From assembly GCA_963790305.1 (NCBI GenBank), contig CAWBOC010000005.1, positions 128,001 through 192,000 of the forward strand: a stretch of 64,000 nucleotides of DNA. The letters are read 5' to 3'. The DNA is from an uncultured Gemmatimonadaceae bacterium. Its GTDB lineage: Bacteria; Gemmatimonadota; Gemmatimonadetes; Gemmatimonadales; Gemmatimonadaceae. Shown here piece by piece: positions 49,841 through 59,588 of this stretch (the first letter of the stretch is position 1; every line of letters starts with the position of its first letter). A model generated the notes under the pieces. It saw nothing but the letters and a program-made list of their open reading frames with translations, did no database searches and was not told where the DNA came from. The translations under genes and the position numbers were made by a program.

Positions 49841-51429
49841 AGCGGTTTGCGCAGCTCTTCACGGAACTGGACGAGACCACCCGCACCAGCGAGAAGGTCG
49901 CGGCGATGGAGCGCTACTTCGCAACGGCTGCTCCCGCCGACGCGGCATGGGCCGTGTACTTCCTGAGCGGTGCTCGCCCCAAGCGGCTCGTCCCGGTGCG
50001 TCGGGTCGCGACGTGGGCGATGGAGGAGTCCGACGTTCCGGCGTGGCTGTTCGAGGAGAGCTACTCCACCGTAGGTGATCTGGCGGAGACGATCGCGCTG
50101 CTCCTGCCGCGGGCGGTGGAGACAATCGATCGTCCGCTGCATCGGTTGATCGAGGAGTCGGTGCTCTCCCTCGCCGGCCAGCCGGAGGACGTTCAGCGTG
50201 GCATCGTCGTGCGCGCATGGCGCGAGATCGACGGCGTCGCACGCTTCCTCTTGAACAAGCTCATTACCGGTGAGCTTCGCGTCGGCGTGTCGCGGAGCCT
50301 CGTCGTGCGAGCGCTGTCGCGCGTGAGCGGTGTACCGGAAGCGGTCGTCGCGCACCGGCTGTCGGGTGCGTGGGAACCGCGACCCGAGGCATATCAGCGA
50401 CTCGTCGGAGCCGACACGGCCGACGCGCACATCTCGCAGCCCTATCCATTCTTCCTCGCCTACGCGCTCGAGGAAGACCTGGAAGCGCTCGGCGACGTTA
50501 GCGAGTGGCAGGCGGAATGGAAGTGGGACGGGATTCGCGCACAGATGATTCGGCGCAGCGATCGCTCCTTCATCTGGTCGCGCGGTGAGGAGCTGGTGAC
50601 GGACCGCTTTCCCGAGCTGAGCGCCGCGGCGGCGCTGCTGAGAAACGGCACTGTCATCGACGGCGAGATCATGCCATGGATGGACGACCGTCCACTCCCG
50701 TTCGCACAGCTGCAGCGCCGCATCGGCCGCAAGACACTTGGCCCGAAGATTCTTGCCGAGGTTCCCGTCGTATTGCTCGCATACGATCTCCTCGAGCACA
50801 CGGGGCAGGATGCACGCGAGCACCCTCTGTCGTGGCGCAGGGCCCGCCTCGAGGAGCTCGTCGGCGAGAAGGGCATCGCGTCGCGCGTGCTCTTGTCGCC
50901 AGTGGTCCGCGCGACGGACTGGGCAGGGATCCGCGATGCATATGACGCGGCGCGAGACCGGTGCGCGGAAGGCCTCATGCTCAAGCGTCTGGATGCCCCA
51001 TACGGCGTCGGACGGCGCCGTGGCCCGTGGTGGAAATGGAAGATCGCTCCCTACTCGGTGGACGCGGTGCTGGTCTACGCGCAGCCGGGCCACGGGCGCC
51101 GAGCGGCGCTCTATACCGACTACACGTTTGCGGTGTGGCAGGAAGGGGAGCTCGTCCCGTTCGCGAAGGCGTATTCCGGGCTCACCGATCTCGAGATTCG
51201 CAAGCTCGACGGCTGGATCCGTCGTCACACCGTGGAGAAGTTCGGCCCCGTGCGCTCGGTCAAGCCGGAGCAGGTGTTCGAGCTGCACTTCGAGGGGATT
51301 CAGCCGTCGCCGCGACACAAATCGGGCGTCGCGGTGCGCTTTCCTCGAATCGCCCGGTGGCGCGAAGACAAGCGTGCCGAAGAAGCGGATACGCTCGAGG
51401 CGCTGCGCGCGCTCATGGCGGCTCAATGA
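49837..51429 (+). CDS. ATP-dependent DNA ligase
   Basis: Adenylation motif EWKWDGIR, EGLMLK, WWKWK and AVRFPRI. Confidence 0.96.
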   Translation: MKRFAQLFTELDETTRTSEKVAAMERYFATAAPADAAWAVYFLSGARPKRLVPVRRVATWAMEESDVPAWLFEESYSTVGDLAETIALLLPRAVETIDRPLHRLIEESVLSLAGQPEDVQRGIVVRAWREIDGVARFLLNKLITGELRVGVSRSLVVRALSRVSGVPEAVVAHRLSGAWEPRPEAYQRLVGADTADAHISQPYPFFLAYALEEDLEALGDVSEWQAEWKWDGIRAQMIRRSDRSFIWSRGEELVTDRFPELSAAAALLRNGTVIDGEIMPWMDDRPLPFAQLQRRIGRKTLGPKILAEVPVVLLAYDLLEHTGQDAREHPLSWRRARLEELVGEKGIASRVLLSPVVRATDWAGIRDAYDAARDRCAEGLMLKRLDAPYGVGRRRGPWWKWKIAPYSVDAVLVYAQPGHGRRAALYTDYTFAVWQEGELVPFAKAYSGLTDLEIRKLDGWIRRHTVEKFGPVRSVKPEQVFELHFEGIQPSPRHKSGVAVRFPRIARWREDKRAEEADTLEALRALMAAQ

Positions 51430-53912
51430 GCGGCCTGACGACAATGCGAGATGTATCCGATGCGCTCGCCACGACGGATGAAGCCATCGACCGCGTCCAG
51501 CGATGGTTCGCCTCGCGTGGCTGGACGCCATTTCCTTTTCAGCTCGAGGTCTGGCGCGCGTACCTCGCCGGCGAGTCGGGGCTGGTGCATGCGGCCACCG
51601 GAACGGGGAAGACACTTGCCGTCTGGATGGCGCCGCTCATCGAGGCGATGCGTGAGGCTCGTCAGGCATTGGGACTGCGTGTCCTGTGGATCACGCCGCT
51701 CCGCGCGCTCGCCGCGGACACCGCGGAAGCACTCCTCCAGCCGCTGAATGACCTCGGGCTCGACTGGACCATCGAGACGCGCACCAGCGACACATCCTCC
51801 GCCGTTCGGGCGCGACAGAGCAAGCGCCTGCCGACCGGGCTCCTCACGACACCGGAGAGCCTGTCGATCCTCTTGTCGAGGGAGAACGCGGCACGGCAGC
51901 TCGAGAACCTCCGCGTCGTCGTCGTCGACGAGTGGCACGAGCTCATGGGAACCAAGCGGGGCGTGCAGGTGGAGCTCGCGCTCGCGCGACTGCGGAGGAT
52001 GCGCCCGGACGTTCGGATCTGGGGCTTGTCCGCCACCATTGGGAATCTCGATGACGCACGCGACGCGCTGCTCGGCACCGAGCCTCGACTCAACCGAGTC
52101 GTGCGCGGCGTCGAGCCCAAGCGCGTCGTCGTCGATGCGCTGATTCCGCCTGTCGTCGAGCGCTTTCCGTGGGCGGGCCATCTCGGTACGCAAATGCTGC
52201 CAGCTGTCGTGAAGGCGATCGAGGAGGGCGAAAGCGCGATCGTCTTCACCAATACACGTTCGCAGACCGAGATCTGGTACCGCGCCCTCCTCGAGGCGCA
52301 ACCCGATTGGGCCGGCCTGATCGCGCTCCATCACGGGTCACTGGAGCGAAAGACGCGCGAGTGGGTCGAAGAGGGTTTGCGAGCGGGCCGGCTCCGCTGC
52401 GTCATCGCGACGTCGAGCCTCGATCTCGGGGTCGATTTCTCTCCAGTCGATCGCGTCCTTCAGATCGGCAGTCCGAAAGGCGTCGCGCGCCTGCTGCAGC
52501 GCGCTGGGCGAAGCGGCCACCGTCCCGGTGCGTCGAGTCGCGTGACTTGCGTCCCCACGAACGTGCTCGAGCTCATCGACGTCGCCGCGGCGCGGGATGG
52601 GATCGAGAGGGGAGCCATCGAGTCGCGACTTGCCGTCGAGCGCCCACTGGACCTGCTCGTACAGCACGTCGTCACCGTCGCGCTCGGCGGCGGCTTCATC
52701 GCTGACGAGCTCGTTCGCGAGGTGCGCACGACTCACGCCTATGCCGAGCTGACCGACGCGGAATGGGCATGGGTCATGGACTTCGTGTCGCGCGGCGGCG
52801 ATGCGCTCCAGCGATACGAGGAGTACGCCCGCGTGGTGCAGCGCGACGGCCGATGGATCGTGGCGAACCGCGAGATCGCGCGCCGGCATCGCCTGTCGAT
52901 TGGCACGATCGTCAGCGACGCCCAGATCACCGTGCAGTACCTTCGCGGCCAGCGCCTTGGATCCGTCGAGGAATCGTTCATCGCGCGTCTGCGGCCGGGT
53001 GACCGCTTCACCTTCGCCGGCAAGCCGCTCGAGTTTGTGCGCGTGCGCGACATGCGCGCGTGGGTACGACGTGCGCCGAATGGCCAGGGTGTGATCCCGC
53101 GATGGATGGGCAGCCGCTTGCCCCTCTCGGGCGAGCTAGCCGCCGCCATTCGTCGGCGACTGGACGAAGCTCACCGCGGAATCTTTCGTGGCGCGGAGAT
53201 GGAAGCACTCCGTCCCATTCTCGAAGTGCAGGGGCGCTGGTCTCGGATTCCCGCGCAGGATGAGCTGCTCATCGAGCGCGTGCGCACGCGCGAGGGGCAC
53301 CATCTCTTCGTCTTCCCGTTCGAAGGCCGGCTGGTTCACGAAGGGCTGGCGGCGTTGTTCGCGTATCGATTGTCGCGCCTCGCTCCGATCTCGTTCACGC
53401 TCGCGGCCAACGACTACGGCCTGGAGCTCCTCTCGGCTGACCCTGCACCGCTCGAGGATGCGCTCGCTCGAGGCCTGCTCTCACCACGGGATCTGTTCGA
53501 CGACCTGCTCGCCGCGCTCAACGCCAGCGAGATGGCCAAGCGTCAGTTCAGGGAGATCGCGCGCATTGCAGGACTCGTCTTTCCTGGGTTTCCTCGCAGT
53601 GGCAAGACGGCGCGGCAGCTGCAGGCCTCGAGTGGGCTCTTCTTCGATGTGCTCGAGCGCTACGATCCCGCGAACCTGTTGCTCGGGCAAGCCCGTCGTG
53701 AAGTGCTCGAGCGGCAGCTCGAGCGCAGCAGACTCGCGCGCGCGCTGGAGCGGCTCGCGAGTGGGCGCGTCGTGATCACGACTCCGCGCCGCACTCCTCC
53801 ACTCGCGTTTCCACTTCTCGTTGATCGCACGCGCGACCGGGTGTCGTCGGAGACACTCGCCGATCGCATTCGCCGAATGCAGCTCGCGCTGGAGCGTGCG
53901 GCGGATGGATGA
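51426..53912 (+). CDS. Ligase-associated DEXH-box helicase (Lhr-core)
   Basis: ATGTGKT, DEWHE, LSAT, HHGSL and QRAGRSGH; ATGA overlap with the ligase gene. Confidence 0.95.
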   Translation: MSGLTTMRDVSDALATTDEAIDRVQRWFASRGWTPFPFQLEVWRAYLAGESGLVHAATGTGKTLAVWMAPLIEAMREARQALGLRVLWITPLRALAADTAEALLQPLNDLGLDWTIETRTSDTSSAVRARQSKRLPTGLLTTPESLSILLSRENAARQLENLRVVVVDEWHELMGTKRGVQVELALARLRRMRPDVRIWGLSATIGNLDDARDALLGTEPRLNRVVRGVEPKRVVVDALIPPVVERFPWAGHLGTQMLPAVVKAIEEGESAIVFTNTRSQTEIWYRALLEAQPDWAGLIALHHGSLERKTREWVEEGLRAGRLRCVIATSSLDLGVDFSPVDRVLQIGSPKGVARLLQRAGRSGHRPGASSRVTCVPTNVLELIDVAAARDGIERGAIESRLAVERPLDLLVQHVVTVALGGGFIADELVREVRTTHAYAELTDAEWAWVMDFVSRGGDALQRYEEYARVVQRDGRWIVANREIARRHRLSIGTIVSDAQITVQYLRGQRLGSVEESFIARLRPGDRFTFAGKPLEFVRVRDMRAWVRRAPNGQGVIPRWMGSRLPLSGELAAAIRRRLDEAHRGIFRGAEMEALRPILEVQGRWSRIPAQDELLIERVRTREGHHLFVFPFEGRLVHEGLAALFAYRLSRLAPISFTLAANDYGLELLSADPAPLEDALARGLLSPRDLFDDLLAALNASEMAKRQFREIARIAGLVFPGFPRSGKTARQLQASSGLFFDVLERYDPANLLLGQARREVLERQLERSRLARALERLASGRVVITTPRRTPPLAFPLLVDRTRDRVSSETLADRIRRMQLALERAADG

Positions 53913-54564
53913 TCGCAGCGTACGCGTGGATGTCTGCGGCGAGTGGTTGCTTCTCCTGTCGGAGCGCGCCGTTTACTGGCCCCGCACGGAGACGCTGCTG
54001 ATCGCGGACGCGCACTTCGGAAAGGCGGCGTCATTCCGTGCCCGCGGTGTTCCAGTGCCGCACGGCACGACCGCGGAAGCCCTTGGGCGCGTCGACACGC
54101 TGCTCGAGCGCACGTCCGCAGGCCGCATCGTGTTCCTGGGCGACTTTCTTCACGCCAAGGAGGGGCGGGCACCGGCTACCGTGAATGCGTTGGCGGAATG
54201 GCGTGCCCGGCATCAGAGGATTGACATGACGCTCGTGCGGGGCAATCACGACCGGCGCGCGGGCGACCCGCCTCGCGAGATCGCGATCGACTGCGTGGAC
54301 GCGCCACTTCTTGACGGACCGTTCGCGCTCACGCATCACCCGCACGCTGTCCCCGGCGCGTACGTGCTCGCCGGGCACCTCCACCCGGCGGTCGTGATGA
54401 CCGGCCCGGCGCGTCAACGTGAGCGATTGGCCTGTTTCTGGTTAGGTGCGGACGTCGGAGTACTGCCCGCCTTCGGCGACTTTACTGGCGTGGCCGAGGT
54501 GAGCCCTGGTGTTGGCGATCGCGTCTTCGTGATCGCCGAGTGCTCTGTGGTCGAGGTTCGCTAG
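53905..54564 (+). CDS. pdeM: Ligase-associated metallophosphoesterase/endonuclease PdeM
   Basis: ADAHFGK, LGDFLH, GNHD, GHLHP and LPAFG; last gene of the four-gene cluster. Confidence 0.92.
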   Translation: MDDRSVRVDVCGEWLLLLSERAVYWPRTETLLIADAHFGKAASFRARGVPVPHGTTAEALGRVDTLLERTSAGRIVFLGDFLHAKEGRAPATVNALAEWRARHQRIDMTLVRGNHDRRAGDPPREIAIDCVDAPLLDGPFALTHHPHAVPGAYVLAGHLHPAVVMTGPARQRERLACFWLGADVGVLPAFGDFTGVAEVSPGVGDRVFVIAECSVVEVR

Positions 54565-54580
54565 GCTTGGGCCGGCGCTC

Positions 54581-54810
54581 GGGGTGTGTAGGGCTGGCAT
54601 CCAGGTTCAAAGGGGGACGCGGATTTCGCGGATGCAGCGGACTTGGCGGATCGTTCCTGGTGAGCAGAACTTTCCTCGCGCAGGAAAAAAAACACTGCTT
54701 TTTGCTCCTGTAGAGGAAGGATCGCTGTGCATGGAACAATCCGCAGTATCCGCTGCATCCGCGTAATCCGCGTCCCAACTTTGAACCTGGATGCCAGCCC
54801 TACACACCCC
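54581..54810. repeat. 230-bp palindromic (MITE/REPIN-like) element, family E
   Basis: Perfect 32-bp terminal inverted repeat GGGGTGTGTAGGGCTGGCATCCAGGTTCAAAG; inner GCGGAT 9-mer arms; AT-rich centre. Confidence 0.92.
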
Positions 54811-54827
54811 ACGCGCCACCCCAAGAC

Positions 54828-55587
54828 TTAGCGAGCCAGAACTTCAGCCGCCGCAGCCTGAAGCACGGTAGCGACCGCAGCCGACACCCCGACATCAACA
54901 CCGGACGCCAGACGCACACGCGCAGGCAGCCCAACCGGGGACTGGTCGTAGAGCACGCCGTACATAACGAGTGCCGCGAGATAGGATCCCGCGATCGACG
55001 GATGCAGCCCGTCGGGGGAGTACAGCGCGAGCGCCGGATCGCGCTCCCAAGCGGCGAGCCACGCCGCGGCCACGGGGAAGAGCAGCCCGCTCACGTCCTG
55101 CGCTGCCAGTGTATAGGACTCGATCGCTGGAGCGAAATCCGCGCGACGCGAGCTCTGCGGCCATACCGAGTACAGCGCGGGCATCGCGCTTCGCGCGCGG
55201 ATCTGAGCAGTCATGGCGGCCACGCTGGCACGCAGCTGGGCGCGATTCTCCGGTAGCGATGACGGACCCTGCTGCAGCACGACGACTTCCCATCCGCCCA
55301 GCGCGATCGCACGCTCCGCGGCTCCCTGTGCGCGGTGGTCGTCGAGATTGAAATCGGGGAAGGCCACCATCATCACCGCCAAGCGACGCCCCGCCCGCCG
55401 AATCGGCGAGCGACTGCACGATCATCGGAAGATCGTTCCAATACGTAAGACTGTTGCCGATGAAGAGGATTCGCCGACCTTCGCCAACGAGCGCGGGCAG
55501 AGCGGGGCCCGAGGGCGCGCTGGAGCACCCGACACCGACTGCGCTCACCAGCGCGAGGACGACCCGAATCGAACGACCTAAGCGCAT
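54828..55587 (-). CDS. SGNH/GDSL hydrolase-like lipoprotein; split by a probable extra base near 55381
   Basis: Lipobox GVGC and ILFIGNSLT in one frame; VVLQQGPS and DGLHP in the next. Confidence 0.82.
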
Positions 55588-55711
55588 GGAACCTGCTCCG
55601 TGAGTGCGGTGCGCCATGGTAACGCCGAGCGCACCATCGGCACAGCACACTTCCAGCCTGCGTGCATGAGATACAGTTTCTCTTACATCACCCAGGAAGA
55701 GTGAGGTTGGG

Positions 55712-56903
55712 ATGTTCATGCTACGACTCACCCTGATGTCGATCATCCTTGCAGCCGAGCGCCCCCGCGGTGGCGGTGGCACAGCGCGCGAGTGCGCTCG
55801 ACAGCGCCGTCTTCGTCACCCGGCTGGGATCGGATACGCTCGTCGTCGAGCGCGTGATTCGCTCGCCGCAACGCGTCGAGGCCGAAGTCGCCATGCGCGT
55901 CCCTCGCACATCCCGCACGGTCTACGTGCTTCAGCTCTCTCCCGCCGGTATGCTCGAGCGGATGGAAGCCACCACCTTCGACACGACCGGGGGCGGCGCC
56001 ACTCCGGCTCGTCGCGAAATCATCGCGCGCGTCGGCGATTCCCTGCGCATCGAGACGACGGCAGGCGACCAGGTTCGCGCTCGGACCCTCGGTGCCCAGC
56101 CCCACGTCCTCCCGTTCATCGACATGGTGCATTGGCCGTACGAGATCGCGCTCGTCCGTCTCAGAACGAGTGGTGCGAGTGACGCATTGCAGCCACTGCT
56201 CACTGGCTCGCGCGTCTCCAACTTCTCGTTCGCGCGCGTAGGCAAAGACAGCATGACCATCACCCATCCCCTCCCGCGGGACGATGCGTCTTCGTGTGGA
56301 CTCGGCCGGGCGCCTCATCGCGCTCGACGCTGGCGCGACGACCCGCAAGCTCGTCGTCGAGCGTCGTCCCTGGATGCCCATCGACGACATTGTCCGCCGG
56401 TGGACTTCGCAGGATGCCGCCGGCCGCAGTCTTGGCGCGCTGTCCGGGCGCGCGCGGTCCACCAACAAGTGGGCGGCGCAACCATCGGTCTCGATCACGG
56501 CACGCCCGCGAAGCGCGGGCGGGCTATCTGGGGAGCACTGGTTCCGTTCGGTAGCGTCTGGCGCACCGGCGCCAACGAAGCGACGCACTTCGAGACCGAT
56601 CGGGACCTCGTGTTTGGGACCGGTGCAGACACGCTGGCCGTTCCGGCGGGCCGGTATACGCTCTTCTCCGTTCCTGAGCGCGATGGCGGGTGGCTCATCA
56701 TCAATCGCGAAACAGGCCAGGCGGGTACCGCCCACGACCCGGCCCAGGACCTCGGGCGCGTGCGCCTCATATCCCGACCGCTCAGTGCCCCGGTGGAGAC
56801 CTTCACCATCAAGGCCGAGACCGAAGGAGCGTCGAACCTGCTTCGGCTCCAGTGGGACAGTGCCGAGCGCGTCGCCCCGTTCCGGGTTCGCCCAACGAAG
56901 TGA
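55712..56903 (+). CDS. Exported protein with C-terminal DUF2911 domain; three probable indels (near 55755, 56274 and 56469)
   Basis: PAKRGRAIWGALVPFGSVWRTGANEAT and PAGRYTLF; signal peptide starts at ATG 55712 in another frame. Confidence 0.8.
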
Positions 56904-56907
56904 CCCC

Positions 56908-56946
56908 GGCCGTGGTGCACGGGGGTACGCCTCGTGCACCACGGCC
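56908..56946. terminator. Strong hairpin filling the gap between the DUF2911 gene and 56951
   Basis: Perfect 14-bp stem GGCCGTGGTGCACG/CGTGCACCACGGCC; no U-tract, so function is uncertain. Confidence 0.5.
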
Positions 56947-56950
56947 CGTC

Positions 56951-57538
56951 ATGGCGCTCCGCGAATTTACCGATAGTACGGGACGCCGGTGGCGAGTGTG
57001 GGACATCCGCCCCGAGCAGATGCACGCGGCGACGCGCGCGGAAGACCACCTGCAAAACGTCCTCAACGGGTGGCTCGCGTTCGAGCCAGCGGCCGGTGGT
57101 GAAAAGCGCCGATTGGCACCCATTCCAGCTCATTGGGACAACGCCACCGAAAGCGATCTCGAAGCAATGCTCGAGCGCGCCGAGTTGGCACGTAGCGAGG
57201 GAGGTGCTCCCCCGCGACGGGAATTCGCTGCCCCCCGGGGTGTCACCGAGAAGGCGACGCACACCGTCCCCGAGCCGACGATTCGCACCTTCCGCTATCC
57301 GAATGGACGGTATTGGACGGTCAACGAGCTGCAGGCTGATTCTACGGGCGCCGAGCGACGCCGCCCGCTCCTGCGGTTTACCTCCGGCTCACGCGCCTTG
57401 GATACGGCCGACTGGCCCTCGGGCTGGGTGGACATGTCGGAACAGGATCTGACCGAGCTGCTGTACCGGTCATTCCCTCGCGATGGCTCGGCGACGAATT
57501 CGACCGAGTTCCGGCGCCGTCGAGGCGACATCGCCTGA
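56951..57538 (+). CDS. Hypothetical protein with two tandem copies of an uncharacterised Trp-rich domain
   Basis: LREFTDSTGRRWRVW...GWLAFE...PAHW and IRTFRYPNGRYWTV...LRF...PSGW; paralogous to the next gene. Confidence 0.85.
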   Translation: MALREFTDSTGRRWRVWDIRPEQMHAATRAEDHLQNVLNGWLAFEPAAGGEKRRLAPIPAHWDNATESDLEAMLERAELARSEGGAPPRREFAAPRGVTEKATHTVPEPTIRTFRYPNGRYWTVNELQADSTGAERRRPLLRFTSGSRALDTADWPSGWVDMSEQDLTELLYRSFPRDGSATNSTEFRRRRGDIA

Positions 57539-57635
57539 CGAGCCCTCCGAGGACGAGGCACGAGGGTTGCGCGGGCAGAGCGCCATCCGGCACCACCTCG
57601 TCACTCCGCACCGCTTTCGCCCGAGCCAACATCGC

Positions 57636-58178
57636 ATGACCACGCCTCCCTCGCCGCAATCAGATCCGCTCGTCGTCGCCCTCCAGCACACCGAGGCCGA
57701 GCTTGCCGAGAAGCTCGAGGAGGCCTGCGTTCCGGACACACGGGCAGTCTCCGAAGAGTCCACCGCCGAGCTCGCCAAGCTGAGCGACTCCCTCCTCGCC
57801 GCCGCTCGCGCCGCCAAGGACGTCGTCTCCCTGCGCAAGCGAAAGAATCAGAAGGAAGGCAAGGGCGATCCGATCGCGGCGGATGAGGCCATCCGCGAAT
57901 TCACGGATGGTGACGGCAGGAGGTGGCGGGTGTGGGCGGTGACGCCGACTCTGTCGCGCAGCTCGAGGCGCGAGTCAAACCTCGGCGAATTCGAGCAGGG
58001 GTGGCTGGCCTTCGAGACGCTCGACGAACAGCTGCGAAAGCGCCTGCCACATTATCCCGCCCAGTGGCGCACCATGAGCGACGCGAAGCTTCAGGAGCTG
58101 CTCGGTCTCGCGGTGGAGGCACCGACACGACGCGTCGAGCCGCGACGGCCCGACTCGCGGAGCGAGCCGCCGCTCTGA
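57636..58178 (+). CDS. Hypothetical protein: helical 'EST' domain fused to the Trp-rich domain
   Basis: N-half aligns with 1226..1510; C-half (IREFTDGDGRRWRVW...GWLAFE...PAQW) aligns with 56951..57538. Confidence 0.85.
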   Translation: MTTPPSPQSDPLVVALQHTEAELAEKLEEACVPDTRAVSEESTAELAKLSDSLLAAARAAKDVVSLRKRKNQKEGKGDPIAADEAIREFTDGDGRRWRVWAVTPTLSRSSRRESNLGEFEQGWLAFETLDEQLRKRLPHYPAQWRTMSDAKLQELLGLAVEAPTRRVEPRRPDSRSEPPL

Positions 58179-58184
58179 GCGACG

Positions 58185-58523
58185 TCAGCCGTTAGGCGCG
58201 CGCTCCTCGGACGGGCCGGGACTCTCCGGCGGGATCTCGGGTATCTCGGCCGACACACGCCGCGTGCGTCGGGGCTGGAGGAGCGTCGGATCGTCGTGCC
58301 ACACCGCCGACGCCTGCGCCCGCGCGCCGTCGAGAGCGTCGAATGACTGCTCCTGGTCGTACAGGACTTCGCACAGCAGCTGCGCGGTCGAATCCTCCGG
58401 CCAGTTGGCGCGGAGCTCCGCTCTGAGCCTCGCCAACTCGGCTGCCGACTGGGCGTCCGCCGCAATGCTTACGTACCGCTGATACTCGTCGCTTCGCATC
58501 CACCGTCTGGTCGCGTCCGACAT
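58185..58523 (-). CDS. Small hypothetical helical protein
   Basis: GAGGT RBS before ATG 58523; amphipathic sequence; fills the gap without overlapping neighbours. Confidence 0.65.
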   Translation of the reverse strand: MSDATRRWMRSDEYQRYVSIAADAQSAAELARLRAELRANWPEDSTAQLLCEVLYDQEQSFDALDGARAQASAVWHDDPTLLQPRRTRRVSAEIPEIPPESPGPSEERAPNG

Positions 58524-58711
58524 TCTCGCTACCTCGGGCCGTGCGGAAGCCAATATCAATGCGCTATCCCCGTGCCGGATGCCAGGGGGGCCGCCAAGTC
58601 ACCCACAGCTCACGCGATGTTAATCCCCCGTTAATGGGGGGAACACGCGTTGGGGTAACAAATACAAGGGGGAGGACTTTCTGAAGGGTTCCGTCGTGAC
58701 CTCGGGTGGCC

Positions 58712-59588
58712 ATGCGTCGCGGTAGGGGTGGGGGCAAATCGTTCATCGGCGCCATGGCGCTCTGCGCGGCCGGGGCATGTACCGCGGCTGTGCGCGTGCA
58801 GCCGGAGCCCGCGGTCCTGGCAACCGCGTGTGCACTCACCGACACGCCGTCGACGACAGCCGACACCGCCGCAATCACCTTCAGTACGCAAGGGACGACG
58901 CGTGAGCAATGCGCGGTCACGCTCGTCGCCGCAACGCTGCGTCCATGGCCGACGGCGACGAGCGGGCCGTGGACGGTTGACGTCAGCGTCACTTCCACTG
59001 GGGCCATCGCGCACAGGCTAGGAAGCGAGGCTGCGCGCAACGCGATCGACGCCCGTCCTGCGCTCATCGTGACGGATGATCTCGACCTCACAGCGTATGC
59101 GGCTACTCGCGCCGATCTGGAGGTGACTCCGCTCCCGTGGGATCGCACATACGTGCGCCTCTCTCCGCGGGGTGACGTGGCTGTCAGGGGCGGATGCGGG
59201 GCCGGACGCGGTGCGCGCCGACGCGCGATCGGCCGACGCTCCGACGTGCGACCCGTTTCTCGGGGAGGCGAGCGCCGACTCTGCGCGCCTCTCATCGAAG
59301 CGCGTGGTGTACGACGCAGCCGACCGCACGGCGCGTGAGCTCGCCGAGCGGGTCGTCGCGCTCGCCGAGCGCTCGGATGCGACGGCCGCTGGATTGTCCG
59401 CCGGCGAGCTCGACCTGGCGCTTCGTGCTGGGAACGAGCTCGCGTACGTGGTGTCCGTGTCTAGTTCCCTGTATTGCGACACCCTCGCCGGGCTTGCGCA
59501 ACGTGCGCCGTGGATGAGCGCGCATTCCATCTTGCCGCTCATCGACACACGCGCCCATGCGATCGCGCCTCGCGCGCCACAGCCATGA
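58712..59588 (+). CDS. Hypothetical lipoprotein upstream of a two-component system; split by a probable extra base near 59170-59190
   Basis: Lipobox AGAC; second half in ORF 59172..59588; ATGA overlap with the kinase. Confidence 0.65.

Noticed and set aside
50961..51425. N-terminal extension of the helicase ORF (similar extensions on 15549, 34372, 47242, 29828 and 61047)
   Set aside because: They overlap upstream genes out of frame; better starts exist at or near the upstream stop codons.
49780..51615. 611-aa minus-strand ORF
   Set aside because: Antisense to the DNA ligase; no recognisable domain.
48815..54564. Helicase/nuclease/ligase cluster as a new anti-phage system
   Set aside because: It matches the described ligase-associated DNA damage response cluster, and there is no defence-island or mobile-element context.
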